Origin: Patescibacteria group bacterium
GTDB taxonomy: Bacteria; Patescibacteriota; Minisyncoccia; Phycocordibacterales; WO2-35-19
Direction: 5' to 3'
NCBI GenBank assembly: GCA_038064735.1
Contig: JBBTSI010000003.1
Location: 90,525-154,524 of the forward strand
Length of the DNA stretch: 64,000 nucleotides
Positions 45,771 to 55,179 of the stretch are shown piece after piece. The notes under the pieces were generated by a model. It was not told the origin of the DNA. It was given only the letters and a program-made list of their open reading frames with translations, and made no database searches. Numbering within the stretch: the first letter of the stretch is position 1; each line of letters opens with the position of its first letter. Made by a program: the position numbers and the translations under genes.

Positions 45771-46763
45771 ATGCTTAATCAAAATTTAAAACTGAATCCA
45801 AAAATATTCGAACCTGATGTAGAGCTAGGGATGACTCGCGAAGGTTTTAGCGAGGGTTTGGTTTTGGCGGCGGATGCAGATAAAAACGTAGTTGGTCTTT
45901 GTGCTGATATGAATAAGTCCACTTTCATGCATCTTTTTGCAGAGAAATATCCGGAGCGTTTTGTGCAAATTGGTATTGCTGAACAAAATTTAGTTACAGT
46001 TGCTAGTGGTATGGCCGCTATGGGCAAGATACCGTTCGTAACATCACTCGCTATGTTTGCTCCAGGGCGTAGTTGGGAACAAATCAGGACAACCATTGCC
46101 CTTAATAATAGACCTGTAAAAATTATGGGTAGTTATTCCGGATTTTCTACTGGGCCAGATGGAGGCACTCATCAAGCTCTTGAAGATATCGCTTTGATGC
46201 GAGTTTTGCCAAATATGATTTTGCTTTCTCCTTGTGATGCGATTGAAGCCAAAAAATCAGCCATCGCAGCGGCCAAGATAAATCAACCGGTATATATTCG
46301 TTTAGGAAAAACTGTAACTCCGATTATTACCACTGAAGAAACACCTTTTGAAATCGGCAAAGCTCAAGTTCTCTTTGCGCCACCAATGACTGCTCAAATC
46401 GGTATTATCGCGACTGGCCCGCTTATATATGAAGCATTGGTAGCTGCGCAAAATTTTTCGCAGAAGGGGATTGCGGTTAAAGTTTTAAATATTGCTAGCA
46501 TCCGTCCACTTGATTTTGAAGCAATAATAAATTTGGCTAAAGAAACTGGTGCTATTGTGACAGTTGAAGAACATCAGATAGTTGGTGGTCTCGGCTCTAG
46601 TATCGCTGAAGTTTTGGTACAAAACTTTCCAGTGCCAGTTGAATTTGTTGGAGTTTTTGATCAATTTGGTCAGTCTGGCACTCCAGAAGAGCTCAAAAAA
46701 CATTACAATATAGGTGTCTCTAGTATTGAAAGAGCGGTTGAAAAAGTGATGGGGAGGAAATAA
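45771..46763 (+). CDS. tktB: Transketolase, C-terminal (pyrimidine-binding) subunit
   Basis: Pyr domain FVQIGIAEQNLV...; C-terminal domain. Confidence 0.88.
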   Translation: MLNQNLKLNPKIFEPDVELGMTREGFSEGLVLAADADKNVVGLCADMNKSTFMHLFAEKYPERFVQIGIAEQNLVTVASGMAAMGKIPFVTSLAMFAPGRSWEQIRTTIALNNRPVKIMGSYSGFSTGPDGGTHQALEDIALMRVLPNMILLSPCDAIEAKKSAIAAAKINQPVYIRLGKTVTPIITTEETPFEIGKAQVLFAPPMTAQIGIIATGPLIYEALVAAQNFSQKGIAVKVLNIASIRPLDFEAIINLAKETGAIVTVEEHQIVGGLGSSIAEVLVQNFPVPVEFVGVFDQFGQSGTPEELKKHYNIGVSSIERAVEKVMGRK

Positions 46764-46764
46764 A

Positions 46765-46907
46765 CTTGCATTAAAAATTAGATTTGCTATAATTGAAGAC
46801 TGATTAGCTTTAGCTGTTCCTTACACTATATCCCAGCTTTAACCACTGGGCATAGCAAATCCCAAGCAAAAGGGCTGACTTCTTCGGAAGTCAGCCCTGA
46901 ATTTTTA
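46765..46907 (+). ncRNA. Candidate small RNA: TTGCAT-N16-TGcTATAAT promoter, ~110-nt transcript, strong UUCG-loop terminator
   Basis: Promoter 46765-46792; hairpin gggctgacttc-ttcg-gaagtcagccc 46872-46897 plus TTTTT; no ORF. Confidence 0.3.
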
Positions 46908-46920
46908 TATAAAAAATATT

Positions 46921-47934
46921 TTACATTATTTTTTGTGGACGATAGTTTTGAGGAGCCCCAGCAATATATTTGAGCATATCTTGTTGAGTGAGTAATCCTT
47001 TTTGAGCACCGACATATTGGACGACCGACATTGAGTTGATTGGTGCCCAGAGGAAAGCGTCAAAAAGTGATTTACCGAGCGCAATAGCAGAAGTGAAAGT
47101 AGAGGAGAAAGCGTCTCCAGCACCAGTGCGGTCGTAAGGTGGTTTTGGATCAGGAAAAGTTGGCATAAAGAAACCTTCATAACCATCATAAGCGTAAGCA
47201 CCTTTCGGCCCATCGGTAATAACTGCGACATTTGGTCCGACATCATGCATGGCTTTCAATAAATTTTTGATATCACCTTCATCAGGTCTGTTTAATATTT
47301 TTTTAGCTTCTTCTACGTTGCAGAAAAATATATCAGAACGGCTGTATAAATCTTTTAATACTTCAGTCCCCATTTTCATTTGGAAAGTACCAGGTTGAAA
47401 AGCCAGTTTTATATCTTTATGATTATTTAAATATTCAGCGATTTGTCTGTGATAATCTGTAGAATTTTCACCAACCGAAGAAAGGTAAACCCATTTGGGG
47501 TTACCTATATCAGGTAACTTATATTCATAATCTTCGTGTTTGATTAAGATTGTACGGTCATCTTCAAACCACAAAACATAATGATAGTTTGTAATTTTAT
47601 CTTTATGAGTAGTGACGAAATCGGTCTTCACGCCGTTTTTTTCTAGTGTAGCTTTGCATTCATTGCCTTGATGATCATCACCCAAATCAGTCACAAAAGC
47701 AGAATTGAGGCCCAGTCGCGCAGCACAAACCGCAGCGTTGGCGCTGTTGCCGACAGCTTTGACTTCTTCTACAAATTCATAAGGCACTTTGTCGCCAAAT
47801 CTTAAAATGAGTTCTGATTTACGTCCGTCAGGGCCAGTGCCAACTTTGGCATCTTTGAGTCTGATGAAAGCATCGGTCACAATGTCACCAATAGCAATGA
47901 AATCAAAATCTTTTTTGTTAAAGAAATCCATCAA
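46921..47934 (-). CDS. PfkB-family carbohydrate kinase
   Basis: N-terminal GG-like motif GNSANAAVCAARLG; C-terminal DRTGAGDAF. Confidence 0.78.
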   Translation of the reverse strand: MMDFFNKKDFDFIAIGDIVTDAFIRLKDAKVGTGPDGRKSELILRFGDKVPYEFVEEVKAVGNSANAAVCAARLGLNSAFVTDLGDDHQGNECKATLEKNGVKTDFVTTHKDKITNYHYVLWFEDDRTILIKHEDYEYKLPDIGNPKWVYLSSVGENSTDYHRQIAEYLNNHKDIKLAFQPGTFQMKMGTEVLKDLYSRSDIFFCNVEEAKKILNRPDEGDIKNLLKAMHDVGPNVAVITDGPKGAYAYDGYEGFFMPTFPDPKPPYDRTGAGDAFSSTFTSAIALGKSLFDAFLWAPINSMSVVQYVGAQKGLLTQQDMLKYIAGAPQNYRPQKIM

Positions 47935-47995
47935 GATTATTATACACTGTTAAAAATTTTTAAAAAATAAAAATGTGATAATATTGTGGATATGA

Positions 47996-48063
47996 ATCCC
48001 GTTAGAAATTCAAACAACTAACGAATTCAATAAAATTATAATAAATAAAATTTCTAACGGGAT
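47996..48063. repeat. 15-bp inverted repeat pair ATCCCGTTAGAAATT ... AATTTCTAACGGGAT abutting the aldolase start codon (copy 2 of 2)
   Basis: Arms 47996-48010 and 48049-48063; ATG 48062 overlaps last 2 nt of the right arm; TATAAT at 48033 in spacer. Confidence 0.7.
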
Positions 48064-48919
48064 GAAATCGTTACGCGAATATATTGCTGAGGCCGAAGAA
48101 AAAAAAGTGGCTATTGGGCATTTTAATATTTCTGATAGTGTCGGATTTTGGGCAGTAGTAAATGCCGCCAAGAAATTAAATTTGCCTATCATCATTGGTG
48201 TCAGCGAAGGTGAAAGAGATTTCTTGGGTGTAAAGCAAGTGAGGGCTTTGGTAAATACATTAAAAGATGAAATGCCAATTTTCCTCAACGCTGATCATAC
48301 TTATTCAGTAGAAAGAGTGAAAGAAGTTGTGGATGTCGGATTTGATGCGGTTATTATAGATGGTGCGGAAAAATCTTTTGAAGAAAATTTGAAAATGACT
48401 AAAGAGTCGGTTGATTATGTAAAAAGTATTGGAAAAAATGTATTAGTTGAAGCGGAGCTAGGCTTTATTGGCAAATCTTCAACTGTTTGGGATGAAGTGC
48501 CAAGTGGCGCAGATGCTGTGATGACCAAACCTGAGGAAGCGAAAGAATTTGTAGAAGCGACGGGTATTGATTTGTTTGCTCCGGCTGTTGGCAACATTCA
48601 TGGTATGGCTAAAAATTTAAATATTAATTTTGAAAAATTAGATATAGAAAGAATAAAAGCAGTCAGAGAGGCAGCAGGTGTGCCTTTAGTCTTGCATGGT
48701 GGTTCGGGTATCACTGACCCAGAATTTAAAGCTGCTATTAGCGCCGGTATTTCAGTAATCCACATTAATACCGAAATCCGTTTGGCTTATAGGCAAAATC
48801 TTCAAAAATCTCTTTGTGAAAATCTTGATGAAATGGCCCCTTACAAATTCCTTCGCTCTGGCCGTGACGGCATGCAAGCTGTCATTGAAAAACGCCTCGC
48901 CCTGTTCAATAATTTGTAA
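48062..48919 (+). CDS. fba: Class II fructose/tagatose-bisphosphate aldolase
   Basis: Class II aldolase fold motifs: N-terminal IGHFNISD, metal-binding LVLHGGSG. Confidence 0.85.
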   Translation: MKSLREYIAEAEEKKVAIGHFNISDSVGFWAVVNAAKKLNLPIIIGVSEGERDFLGVKQVRALVNTLKDEMPIFLNADHTYSVERVKEVVDVGFDAVIIDGAEKSFEENLKMTKESVDYVKSIGKNVLVEAELGFIGKSSTVWDEVPSGADAVMTKPEEAKEFVEATGIDLFAPAVGNIHGMAKNLNINFEKLDIERIKAVREAAGVPLVLHGGSGITDPEFKAAISAGISVIHINTEIRLAYRQNLQKSLCENLDEMAPYKFLRSGRDGMQAVIEKRLALFNNL

Positions 48920-48945
48920 TTTTAAACTTAAGATGTTAGGATGTT

Positions 48946-49602
48946 TTGGCTATGACAATAAACTTAAAAGCGGAAAAAAGGACGAAAATAGGGAAGTTGG
49001 AATCTCTTAGAGCAGAGGGTTTTATACCTGCGGTTTTTTATGGGCACAAAAAAGAAGCTACTCCAATTCAAATTAATAAAACTGATTTTATCAAAGCTTG
49101 GAAAAACGCCGGAGAATCAACTGTTATTAAACTCAGTACTCCAGAAGGAGAAATAGAGGCTCTCATTCATGATGTTGATTTGGATCCTATTACAGGTGAA
49201 GCCAGACATGCCGACTTTTATGTCTTCGAAAAAGGCCATAAAGTAGAAATTGACGTACCTATTGAATTCGTTGGCGTTTCTGTAGCTGTCAAAGATTTGG
49301 GCGGTACACTCATGAAAATTTTGCATGAAATAAAAGTTAAAGCTGAACCATCAAATTTACCTCATCAAATTGAAGTTGATATTTCTTCTATTACCGAACT
49401 TGAAGGTCAGATTTTAGCTAAAGATATTGTTTTACCAAAAGGTGTTGAACTTATGGAACATGCAGAAGAAGTGATAGTGACTGTCGCTACCCCAAGAGCT
49501 GAAAAAGTTGAAGAAGAAGCTCCTGCCGACCTCTCATCTATTGAAGTTGAAAAGAAAGGCAAAGCTGAAGAAGCTGAAGGGGAAGAAGCTCCAAAAGAAT
49601 AA
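48946..49602 (+). CDS. rplY: 50S ribosomal protein L25/general stress protein Ctc
   Basis: LESLRAEGFIPAVFYG and beta-barrel domain; acidic C-terminal tail. Confidence 0.88.
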   Translation: MAMTINLKAEKRTKIGKLESLRAEGFIPAVFYGHKKEATPIQINKTDFIKAWKNAGESTVIKLSTPEGEIEALIHDVDLDPITGEARHADFYVFEKGHKVEIDVPIEFVGVSVAVKDLGGTLMKILHEIKVKAEPSNLPHQIEVDISSITELEGQILAKDIVLPKGVELMEHAEEVIVTVATPRAEKVEEEAPADLSSIEVEKKGKAEEAEGEEAPKE

Positions 49603-49613
49603 GCTAAATTAGC

Positions 49614-49638
49614 CACTTTTTCGCGGTCGCGAATTTTT
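49614..49638. terminator. Bidirectional terminator palindrome CACTTTTTCGCGGTCGCGAATTTTT; identical copy (rc) at 55801-55824
   Basis: TTCGC-GGTC-GCGAA stem-loop flanked by T runs on both strands. Confidence 0.65.
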
Positions 49639-49759
49639 GGACGATTATAGACATTTTTTAAAAATCCTGTATAATAATCTACAGAGTTGTTTTCTGTCAA
49701 ACCATCCTGAACTCAACACCCCACGGGGAAATGAGCGGGAAAATTATAGGGAGATTGTG

Positions 49760-50278
49760 ATGAAAAAAATAATTGTTTTAGTGGTAGGGGTTATTTTGTT
49801 TATGTATGGACTCCTGTCTATGCATGTGGGGCAATCTGTCTCGAATCCTAAGGACATTGTATGTGCGGTTTCGCTCTTTGTTGGTGTTTTATTAGTCCTT
49901 TGGTCGTTTGGTATTCTTGAAAGAACAAGATATACCGCAGAGATTCCTCGTCCCATCGTCTGTAAGTGGACACATAATGGCGAAACCATTATTACTTCTA
50001 AAGAGGTCTATGATCTTAGTTTAAGGATGAAAGAGCAACTGGTGAAAATCACTCAATCTTCTAAACCGGAAAAATTTCGTGTGAGACCTTTTATTTACAC
50101 AATTTTTAGTAAAAAAAGAATTATCAGTATTACAGAAAAACAACTTGAGGATATTTTATCATCGTGCTTAATTCAAAATGTAGAGATGATGTTTCCTCCC
50201 CACAACGGTATTTCTGCTGATTATAAAGAAATGTGGAAATTACTTCATGGGGAAAATTCAACACCTCCGACAGATTGA
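49760..50278 (+). CDS. Membrane-anchored hypothetical protein (start at MKKIIVLVV after GGGAG)
   Basis: SD then TM helix; terminator hairpin 50287-50318. Confidence 0.5.
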   Translation: MKKIIVLVVGVILFMYGLLSMHVGQSVSNPKDIVCAVSLFVGVLLVLWSFGILERTRYTAEIPRPIVCKWTHNGETIITSKEVYDLSLRMKEQLVKITQSSKPEKFRVRPFIYTIFSKKRIISITEKQLEDILSSCLIQNVEMMFPPHNGISADYKEMWKLLHGENSTPPTD

Positions 50279-50336
50279 CACGTAACGGCTCAGATACCTG
50301 GTATCTGAGCCGTTAAATTTTTGCTATAATAACTAG

Positions 50337-51728
50337 ATGGAAAAATACAGTTTTATTTTTGGTATTTTCATAATTTTTTTCCTTGCTGCCAGCTATTTAT
50401 TACCTACTTCCGCTCACGCCCAACTGACCGAACAACAAAAGAATGACCAAGAAGCCAAGTGGCGGGCTGAACTTGTAGCGACCGAAAAAGAAATCGCAGA
50501 ATGGCAAAGTGTACTTGATAAGACCAAAACTGGTACCGCTTCACTCCAGAGAGACTCAGCTATTCTTCAGGCCAAAATAAATGAAGCCAAAGCTTTCATA
50601 AAACAAAGGCAAATTCAAATACAACAATTAACCAGCCAGATTAATGTAAAAACTAAGACTATTTCTGAATTGGAAGCCAAAATAAACCGAGGCAAAGAAT
50701 CACTCTCGGCGATTTTGCGTTCAACTAATGAATTAGACAGATATTCTTTGGTAGAAGTGATGCTTTCCAATAAAAACTTTTCGGAATTTTTTAGTGATGT
50801 TGATTCTTATAATTCCATAAAAGTAGCTCTTGAAAATAAATTTAACGAAATCAGAGATTTACAAAACAAAACTGATGGTGAAAGAAAAATTCTTGATGAA
50901 AAAAGAATAGCCGAAGCCGATACTAAAGCTAGGGTGGAAGCAGACAAAAAGAAAGTTGAGCTGGATGAAAAAGAAAAACAAAGACTTATAACTATAAATA
51001 AAACACAAGAGAAAACTTATGCTCAAGTTATTGCTGAAAAAGAAAAAAAAGCCGCACAAATCAGAGCCGCTCTCTTCTCATTGCGTGATACGGAAGGTAT
51101 TCCATTTGGCGATGCTCTAAAGTTTGCTACTTTAGCTTCGCAAAAAACCGGCGTACGCCCAGCTCTTATTTTAGCTATTCTTACTCAAGAGTCGGATTTA
51201 GGTAAAAATCAAGGATCGTGCTTGGTAAATAATTTGGATACTGGAGATGGAGCCGGCAAAAACACAGGCACTTTTTTTGAACGAGTTATGAAAGCTCCAC
51301 GTGATACCGCACCTTTCAAAGATATAACTAACAGATTAGGTAAAGATTGGAAAATGACTCCAGTGTCTTGTCCTCCAGGTACCATATGGAGCTCGACTCG
51401 TGGTTATGGTGGAGGTATGGGTCCATCACAATTTATTCCTTCCACCTGGGAGCTTTTCAAAAACAGATTGGGTAGTACTCTGGGGATGAGTGGAAATAGT
51501 GTTAATCCTTGGAATCCAGAGCATTCTATATTGGCTACTGCAGTTTATATGGCTGATTTGGGAGCAGCTGGTGGTGGTTATACTGCTGAACGTAATGCTG
51601 CTTGTAGATATTATTCTGGACGAGCTTGTGATAGTAAAAAACCAGCAAATTCATTTTATGGTACTCAAGTTTTGGCTAAAGCCGAAAATATCCAACTTAC
51701 GATGATCGACCCACTTGAAGGTTTTTAA
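50337..51728 (+). CDS. Secreted coiled-coil protein with C-terminal lytic transglycosylase (SLT-like) domain
   Basis: Signal peptide; long coiled coil; ILAILTQESDLG, GPSQFIPSTWE, TAVYMADL motifs. Confidence 0.68.
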   Translation: MEKYSFIFGIFIIFFLAASYLLPTSAHAQLTEQQKNDQEAKWRAELVATEKEIAEWQSVLDKTKTGTASLQRDSAILQAKINEAKAFIKQRQIQIQQLTSQINVKTKTISELEAKINRGKESLSAILRSTNELDRYSLVEVMLSNKNFSEFFSDVDSYNSIKVALENKFNEIRDLQNKTDGERKILDEKRIAEADTKARVEADKKKVELDEKEKQRLITINKTQEKTYAQVIAEKEKKAAQIRAALFSLRDTEGIPFGDALKFATLASQKTGVRPALILAILTQESDLGKNQGSCLVNNLDTGDGAGKNTGTFFERVMKAPRDTAPFKDITNRLGKDWKMTPVSCPPGTIWSSTRGYGGGMGPSQFIPSTWELFKNRLGSTLGMSGNSVNPWNPEHSILATAVYMADLGAAGGGYTAERNAACRYYSGRACDSKKPANSFYGTQVLAKAENIQLTMIDPLEGF

Positions 51729-51888
51729 AGTTATCCCCAGTTTTTTGATGTAACATTTTGTTGACAAATACGGTGCTGTTTAGTAACCTTGAATACAGTG
51801 GTGTTCAGGCGACTACCCCTAAGGTAGCCTAACCGTTAGCGCAAAAAACCAAAAAAAAGAGAGGCGGGACTCTTAATCATCCGCACTA

Positions 51889-51968
51889 GGGCCACCCCCA
51901 TTTTAAAAAACAATGCTCTTATTAGAGCAATATGCGCACAATGCGCAGTAAAATGGGTGGCCCTTTTT
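51889..51968 (+). terminator. Compound stem-loop structure (outer 14-bp stem enclosing two hairpins) ending in T5, upstream of rpmE
   Basis: gggccacccccatttt ... aaaatgggtggccc outer stem; inner tgctcttattagagca and tgcgcacaatgcgca. Confidence 0.45.
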
Positions 51969-52016
51969 ACTTGTATTAAAATTTGTATATATTCTGCAAT
52001 ATGTTATACTAACTAT

Positions 52017-52244
52017 ATGAAAACCGATATTCACCCAAAATACAATACAGATGCCAAAGTTACTTGCTCTTGCGGTAACAAGTTTTCTGTTGGTTCAACT
52101 CAAAAAGAAATAAATGTTGAAATTTGTAGCGCTTGTCACCCATTCTTTACTGGGAATGAAAAGGTTATTGATGCCGCCGGAAGAGTAGAAAGATTTAAAG
52201 CCAGAAAGGCTGCTGCCAAACCAAAGCTCTCAAAGAAGGCTTAG
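52017..52244 (+). CDS. rpmE: 50S ribosomal protein L31 (zinc-ribbon form; TTGTAT-N16-TATACT-N6-ATG)
   Basis: MKTDIHPKY...CSCGNKF...[10 protein letters not shown]. Confidence 0.88.
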   Translation: MKTDIHPKYNTDAKVTCSCGNKFSVGSTQKEINVEICSACHPFFTGNEKVIDAAGRVERFKARKAAAKPKLSKKA

Positions 52245-53213
52245 ATGGACTTAGAAAAATACAAAAAAAATCCTAAGACGCAATATTTAGCGGAAAATTT
52301 AGAAAGGCTTCTAAAAGAAGAAGCTGATATTTTGGTGTTAATTGAGGAGAATGAACCCACCTCATCGGCGGACTTACGAGAAATGGCTGAAGCGGATTTG
52401 AAAAATATTCAAATTCAAAAAGAAGCATCTGTCAAACAGATGGATGAAATTTTGGAAGAAGAAATCCGCAAAGCCAAAGAGGACGAGGAGTTTCCAAATG
52501 AGATTATTCTAGAAGTTAGAGCTGGTGCCGGTGGGGAAGAAGCTTCCCTTTTTGCCGAAGAATTGGCTACGATGTACCGCAAATATGCCGATACTAAAGG
52601 TTGGTCAGTTTCTATCTTGGACGAATCCGAATCATCACTCGGTGGTTATAAAGAAGCATCTTTTGAAATTCATGGTAGAGATGTTTATAAGGAAATGCGT
52701 TTTGAAACTGGTATTCACAGAGTGCAAAGAGTGCCAGCTACCGAAAAAATGGGCCGAGTACACACTTCTACTGCTTCAGTCGCTATTCTTCCGCTCAGGA
52801 AAAATACTAAGGTTACGATTAACCCCGCTGATTTGGAAGTGGCCTTTTCCCGCGCTGGTGGTAAGGGTGGTCAAAACGTTAACAAAGTTGAAACTGCTGT
52901 TCGTCTTACTCACAAGCCGACAGGTATCGTTGTTAGTTGCCGGGCCGAGAGAAGCCAGCAAGCCAATAGAGAAAAAGCTATGGAAGTTTTGGAGGCCAGA
53001 CTTGATGAAATGGCCAGAGAAGAAGATGCCAAAAAATATGCTGCTGATCGCAAGGAGCAAGTTGGTACCGGAGATAGAAGTGAAAAAATTCGTACTTATA
53101 ACTTCCCTCAAGACCGCATCACTGACCACCGTTTAAATAAAAGTTGGCATAATATTGAACTTATAATGAAAGGTCAATTTGCCCCTGTGGTTGACGCCTT
53201 CAAGCAAATTTGA
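52245..53213 (+). CDS. prfA: Peptide chain release factor 1
   Basis: PAT tripeptide (RVPATE) and GGQ motif; ATG directly follows the rpmE TAG stop. Confidence 0.9.
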   Translation: MDLEKYKKNPKTQYLAENLERLLKEEADILVLIEENEPTSSADLREMAEADLKNIQIQKEASVKQMDEILEEEIRKAKEDEEFPNEIILEVRAGAGGEEASLFAEELATMYRKYADTKGWSVSILDESESSLGGYKEASFEIHGRDVYKEMRFETGIHRVQRVPATEKMGRVHTSTASVAILPLRKNTKVTINPADLEVAFSRAGGKGGQNVNKVETAVRLTHKPTGIVVSCRAERSQQANREKAMEVLEARLDEMAREEDAKKYAADRKEQVGTGDRSEKIRTYNFPQDRITDHRLNKSWHNIELIMKGQFAPVVDAFKQI

Positions 53214-53229
53214 TAAGATTTTACACTGT

Positions 53230-53916
53230 ATGACAGAAGTAACAAAAACAGAAGCAAATCTCGACGAGCTCTTTAAAGCAGGAGCTCATTTTGGATTTGG
53301 AAAGTCTCGAAGACACCCAAGCTTGGCTTCCTTTATTTTTGGCTCCAAAAATAGAGTGGATATTTTTGATTTGGAGAGAACTAGTGAAGCTATGGAAAAG
53401 GCCTGCGCTTTTGTCGCCGAATTGGCTGCCACTAAAGCTACTATCCTTTTTGTGGGTGGTAAAAATGAAGCTCAAAATATAATAAAAGAAGAAGCAGAGA
53501 AAGCTGGCATGCCTTATTTGGCTAGTCGTTGGATCGGTGGTACTCTCACCAACTTTCCGGAAATAAGAAAGAGAATTGATATTATGGTTGACCTCTTAAA
53601 TCAAAAAGAAAAAGGCGAACTCAGTAAATATACTAAAAAAGAAAGAATCCTTATTGATAGAAAAATAGATAAACTTCAAAGAATGTTTTGGGGTATCAAA
53701 GATATGACCAACTTGCCAAAGGCTTTGTTTATTGTTGATCCAAGATACGAGGAAACCGCTTTAAGAGAAGCCAAAAATTTAAATATTCCAGTCATTGCAC
53801 TTTGTGGTTCCGACAACGACATTGCCGATATTGATTATCCTATTCCTGCCAATGATTCCAACATTGCCAGCATCAAGTATTTTGTAAGCAAGATTGTAGA
53901 AGTTTACAAAGTATAA
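53230..53916 (+). CDS. rpsB: 30S ribosomal protein S2 (start at MTEVTK; ORF track 53179 overlaps prfA)
   Basis: LFKAGAHFGFGKSRRHPSLASFIFGSKNRVDIFDLERT. Confidence 0.9.
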   Translation: MTEVTKTEANLDELFKAGAHFGFGKSRRHPSLASFIFGSKNRVDIFDLERTSEAMEKACAFVAELAATKATILFVGGKNEAQNIIKEEAEKAGMPYLASRWIGGTLTNFPEIRKRIDIMVDLLNQKEKGELSKYTKKERILIDRKIDKLQRMFWGIKDMTNLPKALFIVDPRYEETALREAKNLNIPVIALCGSDNDIADIDYPIPANDSNIASIKYFVSKIVEVYKV

Positions 53917-54018
53917 ATTTTTTAATTTCTGATTTTTAATGTTTAAAAATTAGAAATTTAGATATTATTTACAAAATTAAAAATTGGAAATTATAAATTC
54001 TTAAGATATAATTTAAAT

Positions 54019-54606
54019 ATGGAAATCACAACAGAAATAATAAAAAAGTTAAGAGATGAGACTGGTGTCTCTGTAATGCAATGCAAAAAAGCTTTGGAAG
54101 AGACCGGAGGAGATATTGAAAAAGCTAAAATATTGTTGCGTAAGATAAGCAAACAATCAGCTGATAAGAAGATTGGCCGAACCCTTGGAGCAGGCTCTGT
54201 AGCTTCGTACATTCACGGAAACGGCTCTGTTGGAGCTATGGTGGAACTTCTATGCGAAACCGATTTCGTGGCTCGTAATGATGATTTTAAAGCCTTAGCC
54301 AAGGATATTGCTATGCATATCACTGCTTTGGCACCAGAATACCTCAAAATGGAGGATGTAAAGGAGGAAGACAAAATTAAAGCTAAAGAACTTTTCGAAA
54401 AGGACCTTGATGAGTCGAAATCAAAAGAGATGCGTGATAAAATAATGGAAGGCAAACTCTCCGCATATTTTGGAGAAAAAGTTTTGCTTGAACAAGCCTT
54501 TATTAAAAATCCCGAGGTCAATATTCGCACCTTGGTGGAACAGGCCAATCAAAAATTTGGAGAAAGAACCGAGATAGGAAGATTTGTCAGGTTCTCTATT
54601 AGCTAA
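54019..54606 (+). CDS. tsf: Elongation factor Ts (short form)
   Basis: UBA-like N-terminus LRDETGVSVMQCKKALEETGGDIEKA. Confidence 0.9.
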   Translation: MEITTEIIKKLRDETGVSVMQCKKALEETGGDIEKAKILLRKISKQSADKKIGRTLGAGSVASYIHGNGSVGAMVELLCETDFVARNDDFKALAKDIAMHITALAPEYLKMEDVKEEDKIKAKELFEKDLDESKSKEMRDKIMEGKLSAYFGEKVLLEQAFIKNPEVNIRTLVEQANQKFGERTEIGRFVRFSIS

Positions 54607-54615
54607 ATTTAAAAT

Positions 54616-55014
54616 ATGACAACAACTATAGTTGTGTTTGCTTCATCTCTCTTTTTACTGGCAGTTTTTGTAGCAATAAAAGCGGTTGAGGTGAAATACG
54701 AAAAAAGAAATTTATTGCTTTGTCTTTTGGGTAAATGTGATACCAAATCAGAAAAATTAGTTTCTGATTTCAAATTCAAAACATTACAAATCATACAGAG
54801 TGTCCGCTATATCGTTTTGGTTCAAGTGAAAGAGGTTTGTAAAACATTGCTTGAAAATGTTGAAGAAAAGATTGTGAACGAATATAGAGCGAGACACATG
54901 ATGATTATGGGGCACAAAGAGATAGCAAACAAAGGTTCGGTATCTTTTTATCTCAAAAAAATCAATGAAGGTAAAACTTTGAGCGGAAGAGGGAAGATAG
55001 AGGAAGTTTTGTAA
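54616..55014 (+). CDS. Hypothetical protein with N-terminal TM
   Basis: ORF only. Confidence 0.35.
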   Translation: MTTTIVVFASSLFLLAVFVAIKAVEVKYEKRNLLLCLLGKCDTKSEKLVSDFKFKTLQIIQSVRYIVLVQVKEVCKTLLENVEEKIVNEYRARHMMIMGHKEIANKGSVSFYLKKINEGKTLSGRGKIEEVL

Positions 55015-55047
55015 AATTTTAAAATTCAGGTATATTTAGTCAGAGTT

Positions 55048-55123
55048 TGCCGACATAGCTCAGTTGGTAGAGCGCCACTTTTGTAAAGTGGATGTCCGGG
55101 GTTCGAACCCTCGTGTCGGCTCC
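55048..55123 (+). tRNA. tRNA-Thr (anticodon TGT), encoded CCA
   Basis: Acceptor GCCGACA/TGTCGGC, D-arm GCTC-AGTTGGTA-GAGC, anticodon stem CCACT/AGTGG loop TTTGTAA, T-arm CGGGG-TTCGAAC-CCTCG. Confidence 0.9.
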
Positions 55124-55179
55124 AAGTTATCCACATTTATGAATACCGTCTGCAATATTGTAAATGGTATTCTGTATAT

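Noticed and set aside
46796-46907. SRP (4.5S) RNA identity for the sRNA candidate
   Set aside because: The terminal hairpin is a perfect helix lacking the conserved domain IV internal loops and GGAA-type apical motif, and 5' and 3' ends do not pair.
51957-52016. Long N-terminal extension of rpmE (ORF track start 51957)
   Set aside because: The extension runs through the terminator-like structure; L31 homology begins at MKTDIHPKY and a full promoter sits immediately upstream of 52017.
5674-55134. oriC from DnaA boxes
   Set aside because: Boxes are single and dispersed over 50 kb, no dnaA gene or clustered boxes/AT-rich DUE are seen; a regulatory role is more plausible.
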